NCBI GenBank assembly: GCA_030765125.1
Contig: JAVCDD010000176.1
Coordinates: forward strand, 220-64,219
Length of the DNA: 64,000 bases
Source of the DNA: Candidatus Hatepunaea meridiana
Lineage (GTDB): Bacteria > Electryoneota > AABM5-125-24 > Hatepunaeales > Hatepunaeaceae
Direction of reading: 5' to 3'
Positions within the stretch are counted from its first letter, which is position 1; the number at the start of each line of letters is the position of its first letter. Made by a program: the position numbers and the translations under genes. Shown in pieces: positions 27,619 through 38,141 of this stretch. Under the pieces are notes generated by a model. It was not told where the DNA came from. It did not search any database and was given only the letters and a program-made list of their open reading frames with translations.

Positions 27619-30567
27619 ATGAACTCAAGAAGTCCAAATAAAAGGTTATTAACCGTTCTTCCGGTTATAGTTATCTTCCTGCTATGCAGTCTTAATGCCT
27701 TCGCAGCAACCGGAAAACTTGCAATGGGGAGTTCGTCCAAATTTCTGATAACCTTCCCTCCGGTGAGCTCTGCGCCTGCGGTTTCTGCTGTGGAACTGGC
27801 TGCATCCTTCGGTTTTGACGAGATGATAAACAGCGGGCAACTACGCGAGGCAGCCACCTTGCGTAATCCCTATGGCGCTGCCACTCGTTTCATTCAATAC
27901 TACAAAGGTATTCCCGTTCTGGGTGGATCCGTAATTGCCTATATCAATAATGACGGCACTCCGCGCTCTCTTTCAGGTACGATTGCCATCTGGAGCAATG
28001 ACAATAATCCCAATTACACCATATCATCCACTCAAGCCGTCAATCTGGCAATCCAATACATACAACCGAAATCATTACGAGGTGAACTGAAAGTCCAGAA
28101 AGTGGTCTTACCGCACTCCGACACTCCGACACTCCGACACCTCAACATCCCAATATTCTGTTGGAAGATTGATATTCCTGCCGGAACACCACTCGGCGAC
28201 TGGGAGGTTATCATAGATGCCACCCACGGTAAAGTATTACAGGTTGATGATAGGTTGCGATTTCTTAACGGAACCGGATTGGTTTTCGATCCTGATCCGA
28301 TAACCGCTTCTGGAGATACATCTTTAAACGATGATAATGATGATGCTGATGCTATTCCTGAAGAAGCTTATAGTGAAGTGGATCTGTATGATATAAGTCA
28401 AAATGACGACGAACAATACATTCTGACGGGACCTTGGATTGATACGGCTCCCACCGAAGATCGAGCCTGTATGGATGAGCACGACTTTTCCTTTGATCGC
28501 GAGGATGACCACTTCGAGGAGGTTATGTCATATTACCACCTCGACCGCCAGGCGCGCTATATCTGCTCAATCGGCTTCGATGATCTGCCTCCTTCACAAC
28601 AGTTGGTTAATGTGAACGGCGTCGCTGAAGACCTTTCTTTCTTTAGCCCGCATACCGGAATTATAACCACCGGCAGCGGTGGAGTTGACGACGCTGAGGA
28701 TGCTGACGTGCTCCTTCACGAATACGGACACGCCTTAATGCAGCAAATCGTTCCGGATTGGCGCGGCGGGGATACTGGATTATTGTCAGAGGGTTTGTGT
28801 GATTATTTGGCAGGTGACCGATCGCTTGAAATGGCTCCGGATTTTCAACCGTATCAACTGTTTAACTGGGACGGACATAACGAATTCTGGGAAGGGCGCA
28901 TCCTCAACAGCGACTTGAGTTATCCCGAAGCGCAGGAACTCGACCAGCACGATGGCGGTCAGATCTGGTCTTCACTGCTCATAGAGGTTCGACAGGTGTC
29001 CGGTCAACGAGATTTATGGAACCAGGTTGTTATCGACCACCTCTATTCACTACCGGACAGCACAACAGTTCCCGATGCAGCAGCATCACTGTTGGAAAGC
29101 GACAGGTATATCGCAAACGGCTCTTTCCGGCAGTTAGTTATAAACGGTTGTGAAGCGAGAGACATCTTCCCAACCGGTAGATTCAGTCCGCGGTTATTTC
29201 ATCGTCCGCTTGGCGATACCGAGAATTTACACCGAGCCCGACGCATCACAGTCTCAATCAATTCACAGATACCACTTAATGAAGACCGGCTCTGGCTCGT
29301 CTACACGATTGACGATAACGAGCCTGACACTGTTTCATTATCCGCTGTTGAAAACCGCAGATGCTCATACTTCGCTTATCTTCCTCTGCCACATGAGGAA
29401 TCAAATATAGCATATTATATATCAGCCTTTGATACCAGCTCTGTTTTCTCAACTCATCCAGCCGGAGCGCCTTTTGAACAGCATTCCTTTTATGCCGGTC
29501 CCGACCGTGCTCCACCTGTCATCGCCGAAGTGGATTCGCTGCCGGATTCGGTATTTCCTGATGGTGAGGTTACAGTTGGAGTGCGAGTGACTGATAATAT
29601 TGCAGTAGAAGCGGTTTCGCTTCTCTGGTATTGGGGAGATATGGAGCAGGGTGGCATTATCCCACTTGAGCCTTCGCACTGGGATTCAACGCTTTATACC
29701 GGTCGCTTAGGCTGGGCGTTGCAGGAACCGGATTTTATTCATTATATAGTTACCGCTATGGACGGATCTAATGCAGGAAATACGGCTTCCAGCCGCCGCA
29801 GAACTTTCTCGATACGACCGGAAGTTACAATTGATGACTTCGAGCGTGACACACGACGCTGGCAATCATCCGGTTGGTTCCGTTCCGAACAAGATTGTGC
29901 TGAGGGAACTTACTGTCTGACGGATCGTGTGGAAAATTACGGCTATATACCTCCCCGTGAAACAGTCGCTGAAATAGATGAAACCTGGGATTTCTCGCGT
30001 TTTGACCGGGCGCGGTTGATCTTCTGGGAGGTGCATAGATTTGACTTCATGGCAAACGAATATGGAATTCTGGAATGCAGGGAGCTTGATGGGGAAGAAT
30101 GGCAGGAATTGGAAAGGTTTACCGGGAATCAGGATTGGTGGTGGCAGCGAATTATTGACCTGTCGGATTACTGTGAAGGGAGAACGGCTCCGATACGCCT
30201 GCGTTTCCGCACTGTCACACCTGAAGATGCTGAATATCGTTCAGGCTGGCAGATTGATGAACTAAGACTTCAGACCGGCAACATTGTAAAAGCAGACACA
30301 ATCGAGTATAATCTGTCAAACATTCAGCTTCTAATGCCGCCGTTTCCTAATCCTTCGAACAATAGTGTTTCTTTCGTTTATAACCTTGCTACAACAGGCA
30401 AGTTAGAACTGATTGACATCACGGGAAGAACCGCTATTTGCCAACCAATACCACAAGGTAACATCCGGACTTCCTTGAATCTTGCTAACTTGCCATCTGG
30501 TGTTTATGTATTGAGATTGTCTTCAGGTGGAATATTTGAGGAATATACTATCGTATTACTTAGGTAA
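27619..30567 (+). CDS. Secreted M36/M4-like zinc metallopeptidase with propeptide and C-terminal sorting domain
   Basis: Signal peptide, QYYKGIPV (FTP) and IIDATHGKVL (PepSY), HEYGH..LSEGLCDY, PFPNP CTD. Confidence 0.85.
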   Translation: MNSRSPNKRLLTVLPVIVIFLLCSLNAFAATGKLAMGSSSKFLITFPPVSSAPAVSAVELAASFGFDEMINSGQLREAATLRNPYGAATRFIQYYKGIPVLGGSVIAYINNDGTPRSLSGTIAIWSNDNNPNYTISSTQAVNLAIQYIQPKSLRGELKVQKVVLPHSDTPTLRHLNIPIFCWKIDIPAGTPLGDWEVIIDATHGKVLQVDDRLRFLNGTGLVFDPDPITASGDTSLNDDNDDADAIPEEAYSEVDLYDISQNDDEQYILTGPWIDTAPTEDRACMDEHDFSFDREDDHFEEVMSYYHLDRQARYICSIGFDDLPPSQQLVNVNGVAEDLSFFSPHTGIITTGSGGVDDAEDADVLLHEYGHALMQQIVPDWRGGDTGLLSEGLCDYLAGDRSLEMAPDFQPYQLFNWDGHNEFWEGRILNSDLSYPEAQELDQHDGGQIWSSLLIEVRQVSGQRDLWNQVVIDHLYSLPDSTTVPDAAASLLESDRYIANGSFRQLVINGCEARDIFPTGRFSPRLFHRPLGDTENLHRARRITVSINSQIPLNEDRLWLVYTIDDNEPDTVSLSAVENRRCSYFAYLPLPHEESNIAYYISAFDTSSVFSTHPAGAPFEQHSFYAGPDRAPPVIAEVDSLPDSVFPDGEVTVGVRVTDNIAVEAVSLLWYWGDMEQGGIIPLEPSHWDSTLYTGRLGWALQEPDFIHYIVTAMDGSNAGNTASSRRRTFSIRPEVTIDDFERDTRRWQSSGWFRSEQDCAEGTYCLTDRVENYGYIPPRETVAEIDETWDFSRFDRARLIFWEVHRFDFMANEYGILECRELDGEEWQELERFTGNQDWWWQRIIDLSDYCEGRTAPIRLRFRTVTPEDAEYRSGWQIDELRLQTGNIVKADTIEYNLSNIQLLMPPFPNPSNNSVSFVYNLATTGKLELIDITGRTAICQPIPQGNIRTSLNLANLPSGVYVLRLSSGGIFEEYTIVLLR

Positions 30568-30584
30568 TTCCCTTTAAAATAAGC

Positions 30585-30664
30585 GTTCAGAGTGCGCGCT
30601 TCAGCGCGTAAAGTCTATAGAATGCGGGATATAGCTCACACGCGCTGAAGCACGCACTCTGAGC
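30585..30664. repeat. REP doublet, family A
   Basis: Arms and spacer both similar to the 8821 copy. Confidence 0.8.
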
Positions 30665-30740
30665 TTTATTTTCATATATGGTTGAGTCGCCCCCGACATG
30701 GCGTTTCCCTTGAAGAACAACATTATCTCTCGCGTATTCG

Positions 30741-30832
30741 TTACTTTGGAGTGCGCAAGCCATGCTCGAGCTGTTTACATTGTACATAATTACCATAAAA
30801 GGCGCAAGCATGGCTTGCGCACTCCAAAGTAA
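30741..30832. repeat. GGAG-footed REP doublet (family B variant)
   Basis: TTACTTTGGAGTGCGCAAGCCATGC and inverse. Confidence 0.75.
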
Positions 30833-30878
30833 TCACCTGGAGATGCTGTTTCATTCCTTTCGGGAATTCAACTTTCTT

Positions 30879-31364
30879 CTAAACCTTCTTCTTATAAGTA
30901 ATCTGTTTGCCCTTCCCGGATTTAACTATGTAACCTTTATCTGCTAAGGGTCTTAGTGTTCCGTGAATTGTCCACAGCATACTCTTGGTTTTGGTTTTCA
31001 GGTTACCTTTCGCATTCATATCTTCCAGGATTTTTCTGAGTTCAACCGGTGACCAATTCTTATTAGGTTGTTCATCGAAAAACCTCTTGATAACAGCCAT
31101 TGGGTTGGATGCTTTCATAGCTTTCGGTTTTGGTTTCTTAACTACAACCTTCTTTTCCTTAACGAGTTCAGGTTTTGGCGCTACAGGTTTCTTTTCTTCA
31201 ACAGGTTCAGGTTCGGGTGCATCGGGTTTCTTTTCTTCTGGTAGTGGGACTGAATGTTTCCGAATGATTTCATCAAGTCCCTGCAAATCAGCCTTTAGCG
31301 ATGAAAGCTGCTGATTGATTGCTTCTCTTGCCTCGCGAAGCTTGTTAATGTAATCGAGGCTCAT
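30879..31364 (-). CDS. Basic hypothetical protein: coiled coil, Pro/Lys linker, probable winged-helix domain
   Basis: AGGAGG RBS; repeated EEKKP linker; C-term WSPVEL..TLRPLADKGYIVKSGKG..Y. Confidence 0.6.
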   Translation of the reverse strand: MSLDYINKLREAREAINQQLSSLKADLQGLDEIIRKHSVPLPEEKKPDAPEPEPVEEKKPVAPKPELVKEKKVVVKKPKPKAMKASNPMAVIKRFFDEQPNKNWSPVELRKILEDMNAKGNLKTKTKSMLWTIHGTLRPLADKGYIVKSGKGKQITYKKKV

Positions 31365-31466
31365 TGTTAATCCTCCTTGTTGTTTTCTTAAAAAGATAAA
31401 GGTTTACAAAATAAAGTTAAGTTTAGATTGTATGTTATTTAAAGATTTACAAAATTATTTGCAATT

Positions 31467-31559
31467 GGGAAATATGGGGACAGTATACCTATTTTCATAA
31501 ATACTCTTTGAAATAACAACATTCCATAGAAAAACAGGTATACTGTCCCCATATTTCCC
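31467..31559. repeat. MITE-like element, family E
   Basis: Long terminal inverted repeats AAATATGGGGACAGTATACCT; copies at 37987, 39261, 44893. Confidence 0.85.
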
Positions 31560-31582
31560 CAACGCCCAACGCCCAACGCCTT

Positions 31583-33520
31583 CTACTCCACCTTCTCCGC
31601 TTCAAATCTTCCACCAATATGATCCGACAGAAACTTCTCTGCCGCAGCATAGAATTTGAGACGGTTCTCCGGGCGTGCAAAGCCGTGTCCTTCATCGGCA
31701 AATTCCATATATTCAACCGTCTTGCCTGCTTTCTGAAGGGCGTCTCGAATTTGAATTGCCTCGGCTACTGGAACACGTGGGTCATTTTTCCCTTGAGCAA
31801 TAAAAAGCGGTATCTTGATTTTGTCGACGTGGAACAGCGGAGAACGTTCTCTCAGCATTTCCGCATCCTTTTCCGGGTGACCAACGCGAGCGTGAACCAT
31901 CGGTTTCAACATCTCCATATACGGTGGCATAGTATTCAACCAGGTGATTAAGTTGGACGGACCGCACATATCAACACCGCATGTATATAAGTCCGGTTCC
32001 TTTGTAACTCCGGACAACACCGCAAATCCACCGTAAGAACCACCGTAAATAGCTATTCTTTTTGGATCAGCAATGCCTTGTTCGATCAACCACTTCGTTG
32101 CATCGGTAACGTCGTCCTGCATCTTGCCGCCCCATTCCTTATTAGCGGCATTGACATATTCCTTGCCGTAGCCGGTTGATCCGCGGAAGTTTACTTGTAG
32201 AACAGCATAACCTCGGTTAGCCATCCATTGCACTTCAGGATGGTATCCCCAACTGTCCCGATACCAAGGACCGCCGTGAACATTGATGATACTGGGGAGG
32301 TTTTTAGCTTCCATACCGAGGGGAACGGTCAGATAACAATGAATAATCATTCCATCGCGCGCTGTAACCGATACTGCTTTCATTTCTGCTAAAGCTAATC
32401 CTTTTAGCTCCGGACGAGTATAGAAAAGGAACGTTCCCTTTTTAGAATCAACACTGTATGAATAATAGGCAACCGGACCGTTATCTACGTCATACATTAC
32501 CAGCCATGTTTTATCGTCCATGGTGCGGTCTGAAACATAGAAATCACCGCGGTGTAATTGTTTCAGCGCATCGAGATCCGGCTGGATAGCTGTATCCAGC
32601 GCCTGCCACTCGGCTCGATCCCTTGAGTAGCGAATTGCTTGCAGTTTATAGGTCTTCGGTTGGATCATCAGACCGCCGATGTCGTATATCGGATCAGCGG
32701 CGATAACCTTTTCCTCTTTGGTTTTTACATTTAGTGTGCGAAGTTCTGCTGTATTAGCGCCGATGCTGTTTATCATAAAGAGGGTCTGGTTATCCTTAGC
32801 AAAGCCAAATGCGCCTGTGCTGAGTGCGTCTTCATTTCCCCACTGGATTAACGGTTTCCAGTCCGATTTGGCGTTCTTGCGGTGCATAAGCATTAGTCCA
32901 CCATCCGGCGTCATAATCATAGCGATACGAACCGTGAAAGTGTGATCTGCAATCCAACCGGCTACTCCCATATCGTTTTGCGCTTCAAGAGTCATCTTGC
33001 CGGTTTTCAGGTTGAGACGGTGGAGATCGTGGAGCATCGGGTTGCGGTCGTTCAGACCGATGAGTATCTCATCGGGAAATTCAGGATCAACCGCTGTGAT
33101 GCGAGCTTGGACTCCGTCTATTGGAGTCAGGTCGCGAGCATCGCCTCCGGTTAACGGAACTGCCCAGATATGCCAGTTTTCGTCACCGTCCTTGTCTTGA
33201 ATGTAGAGTATCTGTTCACCGTTAGGCGCCCAGAAGTAACCCATTATGCCCCGGTGTCTGTCCTTGGTTACGGCTCTGTCATCATCTTTGCCAACCGTCT
33301 TGACCCAGACGTTCATTGAACCTTCGTCAGGAGCCCGATAAGCCAACATCTTGCCATCCGGGGACAATTGCGGATTTGCCTTTTCAGGTTTACCGAAGAG
33401 AACGTTTCGTGGTATCAACGGTGTTTCTGTGGTTTTTGTGGTGCATGAGATTAACAGTATTAATGCCAGTCCAATAAAACCAATACGCCACAATTTAAGG
33501 AATTGTGGGTGCTTTTTCAT
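31583..33520 (-). CDS. S9 family peptidase (prolyl oligopeptidase/aminoacyl peptidase), probable lipoprotein
   Basis: LISC lipobox, HGGP, NFRGSTGYG, GGSYGG, NDPRV, EGHG. Confidence 0.92.
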   Translation of the reverse strand: MKKHPQFLKLWRIGFIGLALILLISCTTKTTETPLIPRNVLFGKPEKANPQLSPDGKMLAYRAPDEGSMNVWVKTVGKDDDRAVTKDRHRGIMGYFWAPNGEQILYIQDKDGDENWHIWAVPLTGGDARDLTPIDGVQARITAVDPEFPDEILIGLNDRNPMLHDLHRLNLKTGKMTLEAQNDMGVAGWIADHTFTVRIAMIMTPDGGLMLMHRKNAKSDWKPLIQWGNEDALSTGAFGFAKDNQTLFMINSIGANTAELRTLNVKTKEEKVIAADPIYDIGGLMIQPKTYKLQAIRYSRDRAEWQALDTAIQPDLDALKQLHRGDFYVSDRTMDDKTWLVMYDVDNGPVAYYSYSVDSKKGTFLFYTRPELKGLALAEMKAVSVTARDGMIIHCYLTVPLGMEAKNLPSIINVHGGPWYRDSWGYHPEVQWMANRGYAVLQVNFRGSTGYGKEYVNAANKEWGGKMQDDVTDATKWLIEQGIADPKRIAIYGGSYGGFAVLSGVTKEPDLYTCGVDMCGPSNLITWLNTMPPYMEMLKPMVHARVGHPEKDAEMLRERSPLFHVDKIKIPLFIAQGKNDPRVPVAEAIQIRDALQKAGKTVEYMEFADEGHGFARPENRLKFYAAAEKFLSDHIGGRFEAEKVE

Positions 33521-33615
33521 TATTTACTCCATGTTTGGTTAAGAGGTAAAAAAAAGTGAATTTAGAATTAGGAGAACCGCCACATCGCGGACGACTCAGC
33601 TAAGTATAAAAAACT

Positions 33616-33689
33616 CGTTTTGCGAGGAACGAAGTGACGAAGCAATCTTTCCTAACCAGCAGAGATTGCTTCGCTTCGCTCGCAAAACG
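33616..33689. repeat. Palindromic repeat (TTGCGAGGAACGAAGTGACGAAGCAATCT type)
   Basis: Paired with AGATTGCTTCGCTTCGCTCGCAAAACG. Confidence 0.75.
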
Positions 33690-33808
33690 TAGCTATTTTT
33701 TTAGGGGAATTGTGCTTAGGTGAAACTGTAAGATAAGTCAGCTATTAAAATTTTGCAACAAGGTATGTTGTTAAATTTATTATTTCTATAAATATTCAAA
33801 TAATCACA

Positions 33809-33921
33809 AGCGTAGGCGTCCCTGCCTGCGGAGTAATACGTTCCCGTCTGTAACGCAATAATCTGTTAAATCTGTGTAATCAGCGGTTAAAAAACAGATC
33901 GCAGGCAGGGGCGCCTACGCT
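33809..33921. repeat. GTAG-footed REP doublet, family C, with an AATCTGTTAAATCTG repeat inside
   Basis: AGCGTAGGCGTCCCTGCCTGCG ... CGCAGGCAGGGGCGCCTACGCT; related half-copies at 26206, 42243, 45098. Confidence 0.75.
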
Positions 33922-36900
33922 ACTTGATCATAACTAACCTTTGCATCAGGATATGGTCACCGGCAACCAAGCGGCAGATATATATACCGGACGGTGCTTG
34001 AATACCGTTTGCTATATTACCCTCCCACTGCTTATGATACCTGCCTGCAGATAGATTACCTCTTTCAACAATATTGATTAATCTTCCTTGTGGATCGTGA
34101 ATGGTTAATAGTATATCGACGGTCATTGGAAGGTCGAAGCCAATAGTGACCACATTGTTGAACGGGTTGGGGTAGATTGGTCCTAATGCGAGTTTGGTTG
34201 GGATTGGAGAATCATTATCGGAGGCAGGTATTCGGCTGACATTGTTAACGGTAATCCTCACCGATACCATATCCGCTCCGTTGGCTTCATCGACAACGCC
34301 GAACAGAGGTTCGTAAACACCTTCGTCATCATCGTCAGGCATCCATGTAAACTCTGCGCTGCCGTCGAAGTTATCATCCAAAGTTGCGCCTCTATCCTGT
34401 ACACCATCGTCATCGAGGAACTCTATATACAGTTGATCGTCCTGATCAACGTCTTCAGCCGTGAGAGTGAATTCGATTGTTCTTCCCTCGTCTACTTCCA
34501 TCTCAGGTGGAATATCATTCCACCTTGGTGGATCGTTCACTTGAAAAACGGTTACATCAAAGGAGATTTCGGTCGTCAGGTCGCGCGAAGGATTTTCCAC
34601 CGCAGAGATCGCAAAGGAGTAATATCTCTGCGTTCTCTGCGCGCTCTGCGGTAAAATTTTTCTGGATTCTAATTGTCGGACAGGAATGTCCAACCTACCG
34701 GAATTAATACTCCTGACCGGTCCTAAATCACGACCTCCATCGATACTATCATCCGCTATAACCGTAACATCAGCTAAACCAAACCAGTTTTCAATGCCTT
34801 CCAGCCAGAGGCAATTGTTCTCGTCTATTTCAACTATCAAGCCTGCGTTGTTGCTTTCAGCTTCAAACGTCAATTCGTCATCATCCAGATCATAAAATAC
34901 ATTATCCAGATCGGCAACAACGAAACGTTCAAAATCCTCATGCAATTCTTGATTGGGGATTTCATTCCTGGCTTCAGGGGGATGATTGACAATTACAGCG
35001 ATCAGGTCAACCGGATATTCTTCATTATCAGGATCGTTGGAGACTATTGTCATAGTGGCTTCATATTCTCCCGGATCATCGGCGCTGAAGGTAATGGTTA
35101 TGTCCTGGCTTTGACGCGCTTCAACGGTGAAATTGTCCGGTTCAATCGAGAAATTGTCACCTTCGAAGTCGATCTCATTAATAACCAGATCCTCGCCACC
35201 GGTATTATTTATGGTTAAATCAATATCGTAACTAAAACCTGTTAATATTTCATCGAAAGCTCCATTCCAGTCAACATTCACCGGATAACCGTACTCTTCA
35301 GACCATACAACTTCAATTGCAGGATCACCTACATAATGCGGGAAGTAGAACGCTCCCATATCAGCGCGTGTCTCATCAGGATCTTGTGGAGAATCGGGAT
35401 CGCCGCTGTCAATGCAGGGGCTATTCTCTGTGAGATGATAGTCGTCGTTGCCGGCGTCAGCAAAGCGCGGATCGCTGTTTATGTTGCCTTCGCCCCAGTT
35501 AATCCTGCCGTTGTTAAAGGTTACAATGCCATCGCGACCTCCTTCAATGTCGGAATAGGATATGGTCAGTATAACGGCATTATTCTCCGCAAAGAAAGTG
35601 ATTCCCTGCGGATCATTATACCAGAGAATCGAGTTCTGTATGGTCGTTTCAGCACCGTTATAAAGGAGAATCGCACCAGCATGCTCGTCTGCTTCATTGC
35701 CGGTGATAGTGCAGTTAACAATTGTGGGATTAGCGTTAGCACAAAAGATACCACCTCCATAAACTGAAGTGTTTCCGCTTATCAGGCAACGGTCAATTAT
35801 TGGGTTGGCATCGTTCCAGATAGCGATGCCACCACCGTTGCTCCCAGCTTGATTATTAATAATATAGCAGTAGCTTATTACCGGACAGGATTCACCAGTT
35901 AAATAGATACCACCACCATGGTTATGGTTGCCGTTTGTAATGGTAAACCCAATCAGTTGAGCATCCTCGCTTTCACCACTGGTAAATGTCACTACGCCTC
36001 CGTCATCGCCTCCGTCAATGATGGTTTCACTGATAACCTCCTCGTCGTTTTCGATGATGAACGTGCTGGCGATGACGATGTTCTTGCCGCTGAAGTCAAT
36101 GTTCTCTTCATATTCACCCGGCGCAACCAAAATAGTATCACCATCAATGGCATCCTCGATGGCTTCAGTTATGGTTTCAAAGTCATTCGGAACGCTGATA
36201 ACTCTGTTTCCGGGTTCAAAATCGAGTTCGATGCTCACAAGTCCGTATCCGAAATTGTTGTCCTGACCTTCAGCGCCTACATCCCGGGCGTGTTCGGTCA
36301 GATATTCCCAGAGGTCTTCATTGTCAATCGCATCAGGATCGACGGACTTGATTAATACGGCGGCGCCGGCAACGTGCGGGCAAGCGGATGACGTTCCATA
36401 GAAGGCGCCATCATATATAAAAGAAGCTGTACCATCCGGTCCGCAAATATCCGGTTTGATCCGACCATCATAAGTCGGACCGCGCGAACTGAAACCCTCC
36501 GGAGAGGGATTATCACGTTCCCAGGAACGGTAGTTGATAGCGCCAACTGCAAAATTATCTTCCCCTATAGCTGGAATAAGTATGCTGCCCGCGCGGGTTC
36601 GGAATGCCAAATCATGAGACGTAATTATTGTGAAATCTATTCCATCATCACCATTCCGGTTGTGAACAGAAACCCCATAATTTCCTTCCTGCTCTGCAAT
36701 GTAAGAAATCTGTTCGGTTGGAGGATCGTTTCCGTTCTGAACATCTTCTGATCGATCGACGACTGCCCATTCATCATCGTCTTCGTCCTTGTAAACCAGA
36801 TACAGGTTATAGTCTTCTCCCGATTGTGGGAAATCATCCCACTGAAGCGAAGCCCGTATACTTTCACCCCGTCGAATGTTAGTAAAACGATCCGCAGTGA

Positions 36901-37861
36901 TACCGAAATGGTTTACTGAAATATCTCCTGTAAAACGGTGATAATTATCATTGCGACGGTTATCGTCAAATTCAGCGCGGTAGTGACACTTAGCGTGGTT
37001 TCCGGCGGAATTCACAAAGAATATGCCTTGTTCAAAGGCATCGCTCACCTTCTCGGATAACGGATCGCCTCCTCTGAAATAATCTACCATTGCTACAGTC
37101 CAGCCACACGAATGACTTATGATATCAACCTGTTGTTCTATAAGGTAATCAACGGCATTTTCAAAATGAGCGCTGTGGAAGATTTTAGTAAGATAGAAGT
37201 CTGCATCGGGAGCCAGATCAAAGACGATTTCCGCACATGCGGTGCCGTGGACTGAACCTTCATCCATATCTTCTTCTGTGAAATTCCGGACTGTCAACCG
37301 TTCTGGCAATTCGTCTTCGTCCTGTGCATCTTCCATTCCATTAAAACCCAAATCCAGAATCGCAACCTTAACGTCTTCTCCTGTTATATCTTCATCGTGA
37401 AATTCATCAGCGCCGATTAGTCCGACGCCTTCGCTGGTGACATTGGAAACCAGTTTATAAGGTCTGTGAACTTTAGATACAATTGCCAGATCATTGGCAA
37501 ATTTATCAAGCAAGTTGATCGGAACCCATACACAAATAAAATGTTCCGATTTGCAATTTATTTCTATATTGAATTTTGTTAATGTAGAAGCGCTGATTTC
37601 GTCAGTTAAACGTCCTTGTCGAATATCAAGCTCAACCAATACCCGGTTGTCTTTTACATGTATATTGTGTGTAACAGCAAAGTTATCGGCGTCTTTATTC
37701 CCATGTGAATGATAAACGTCCAGGTATCGCAGCAGAGCAGTCTCTAACTTGGTCTGCGAATCATCTCTAACGTAATAGACAGGTGACGACAGCGTTGTTG
37801 CAAGCACATTGCATGAAAAGATGATAGTCAGTAATAGAATAATTGACATGTTAGATTTCAT
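33920..37861 (-). CDS. Secreted S8 (subtilisin-like) protease with beta-helix, Ig/cadherin-like domains and C-terminal sorting domain
   Basis: Triad AILDLG, HGTACA, GTSSACPHVAG; oxyanion NSAGN; YPNPFN CTD; ORF start 37903 lies in a repeat so ATG 37861 preferred. Confidence 0.9.
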   Translation of the reverse strand: MKSNMSIILLLTIIFSCNVLATTLSSPVYYVRDDSQTKLETALLRYLDVYHSHGNKDADNFAVTHNIHVKDNRVLVELDIRQGRLTDEISASTLTKFNIEINCKSEHFICVWVPINLLDKFANDLAIVSKVHRPYKLVSNVTSEGVGLIGADEFHDEDITGEDVKVAILDLGFNGMEDAQDEDELPERLTVRNFTEEDMDEGSVHGTACAEIVFDLAPDADFYLTKIFHSAHFENAVDYLIEQQVDIISHSCGWTVAMVDYFRGGDPLSEKVSDAFEQGIFFVNSAGNHAKCHYRAEFDDNRRNDNYHRFTGDISVNHFGITADRFTNIRRGESIRASLQWDDFPQSGEDYNLYLVYKDEDDDEWAVVDRSEDVQNGNDPPTEQISYIAEQEGNYGVSVHNRNGDDGIDFTIITSHDLAFRTRAGSILIPAIGEDNFAVGAINYRSWERDNPSPEGFSSRGPTYDGRIKPDICGPDGTASFIYDGAFYGTSSACPHVAGAAVLIKSVDPDAIDNEDLWEYLTEHARDVGAEGQDNNFGYGLVSIELDFEPGNRVISVPNDFETITEAIEDAIDGDTILVAPGEYEENIDFSGKNIVIASTFIIENDEEVISETIIDGGDDGGVVTFTSGESEDAQLIGFTITNGNHNHGGGIYLTGESCPVISYCYIINNQAGSNGGGIAIWNDANPIIDRCLISGNTSVYGGGIFCANANPTIVNCTITGNEADEHAGAILLYNGAETTIQNSILWYNDPQGITFFAENNAVILTISYSDIEGGRDGIVTFNNGRINWGEGNINSDPRFADAGNDDYHLTENSPCIDSGDPDSPQDPDETRADMGAFYFPHYVGDPAIEVVWSEEYGYPVNVDWNGAFDEILTGFSYDIDLTINNTGGEDLVINEIDFEGDNFSIEPDNFTVEARQSQDITITFSADDPGEYEATMTIVSNDPDNEEYPVDLIAVIVNHPPEARNEIPNQELHEDFERFVVADLDNVFYDLDDDELTFEAESNNAGLIVEIDENNCLWLEGIENWFGLADVTVIADDSIDGGRDLGPVRSINSGRLDIPVRQLESRKILPQSAQRTQRYYSFAISAVENPSRDLTTEISFDVTVFQVNDPPRWNDIPPEMEVDEGRTIEFTLTAEDVDQDDQLYIEFLDDDGVQDRGATLDDNFDGSAEFTWMPDDDDEGVYEPLFGVVDEANGADMVSVRITVNNVSRIPASDNDSPIPTKLALGPIYPNPFNNVVTIGFDLPMTVDILLTIHDPQGRLINIVERGNLSAGRYHKQWEGNIANGIQAPSGIYICRLVAGDHILMQRLVMIK

Positions 37862-37877
37862 TGGTTTCCTTAAGAAT

Positions 37878-38102
37878 TTCACCGCAGAGATCGCGGAGAG
37901 CACAGAGTTTAAAAAGCATTCCTGTAGGGAATGAATGTGAATAGCGGTGGGTGATAACCCACCGAATTAAATTGCAAACCATCAACGAAATATGGGGACA
38001 GTATACCTATTTTTATAAGTGATTTTAGAAAGACCAACGGTCTATAGAAAAATAGGTATACTGTCCCCATATTTCCCTATCTATTCAACACCTTCGGGAT
38101 TT
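37878..38102. repeat. Composite repeat (ACCGCAGAG unit + family F + nested family E)
   Basis: Colinear inverted copy at 44866-45092. Confidence 0.8.
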
Positions 38103-38141
38103 TCTGCAGTAAATCTGCTATTTCTAATAACGGTAGATGTT

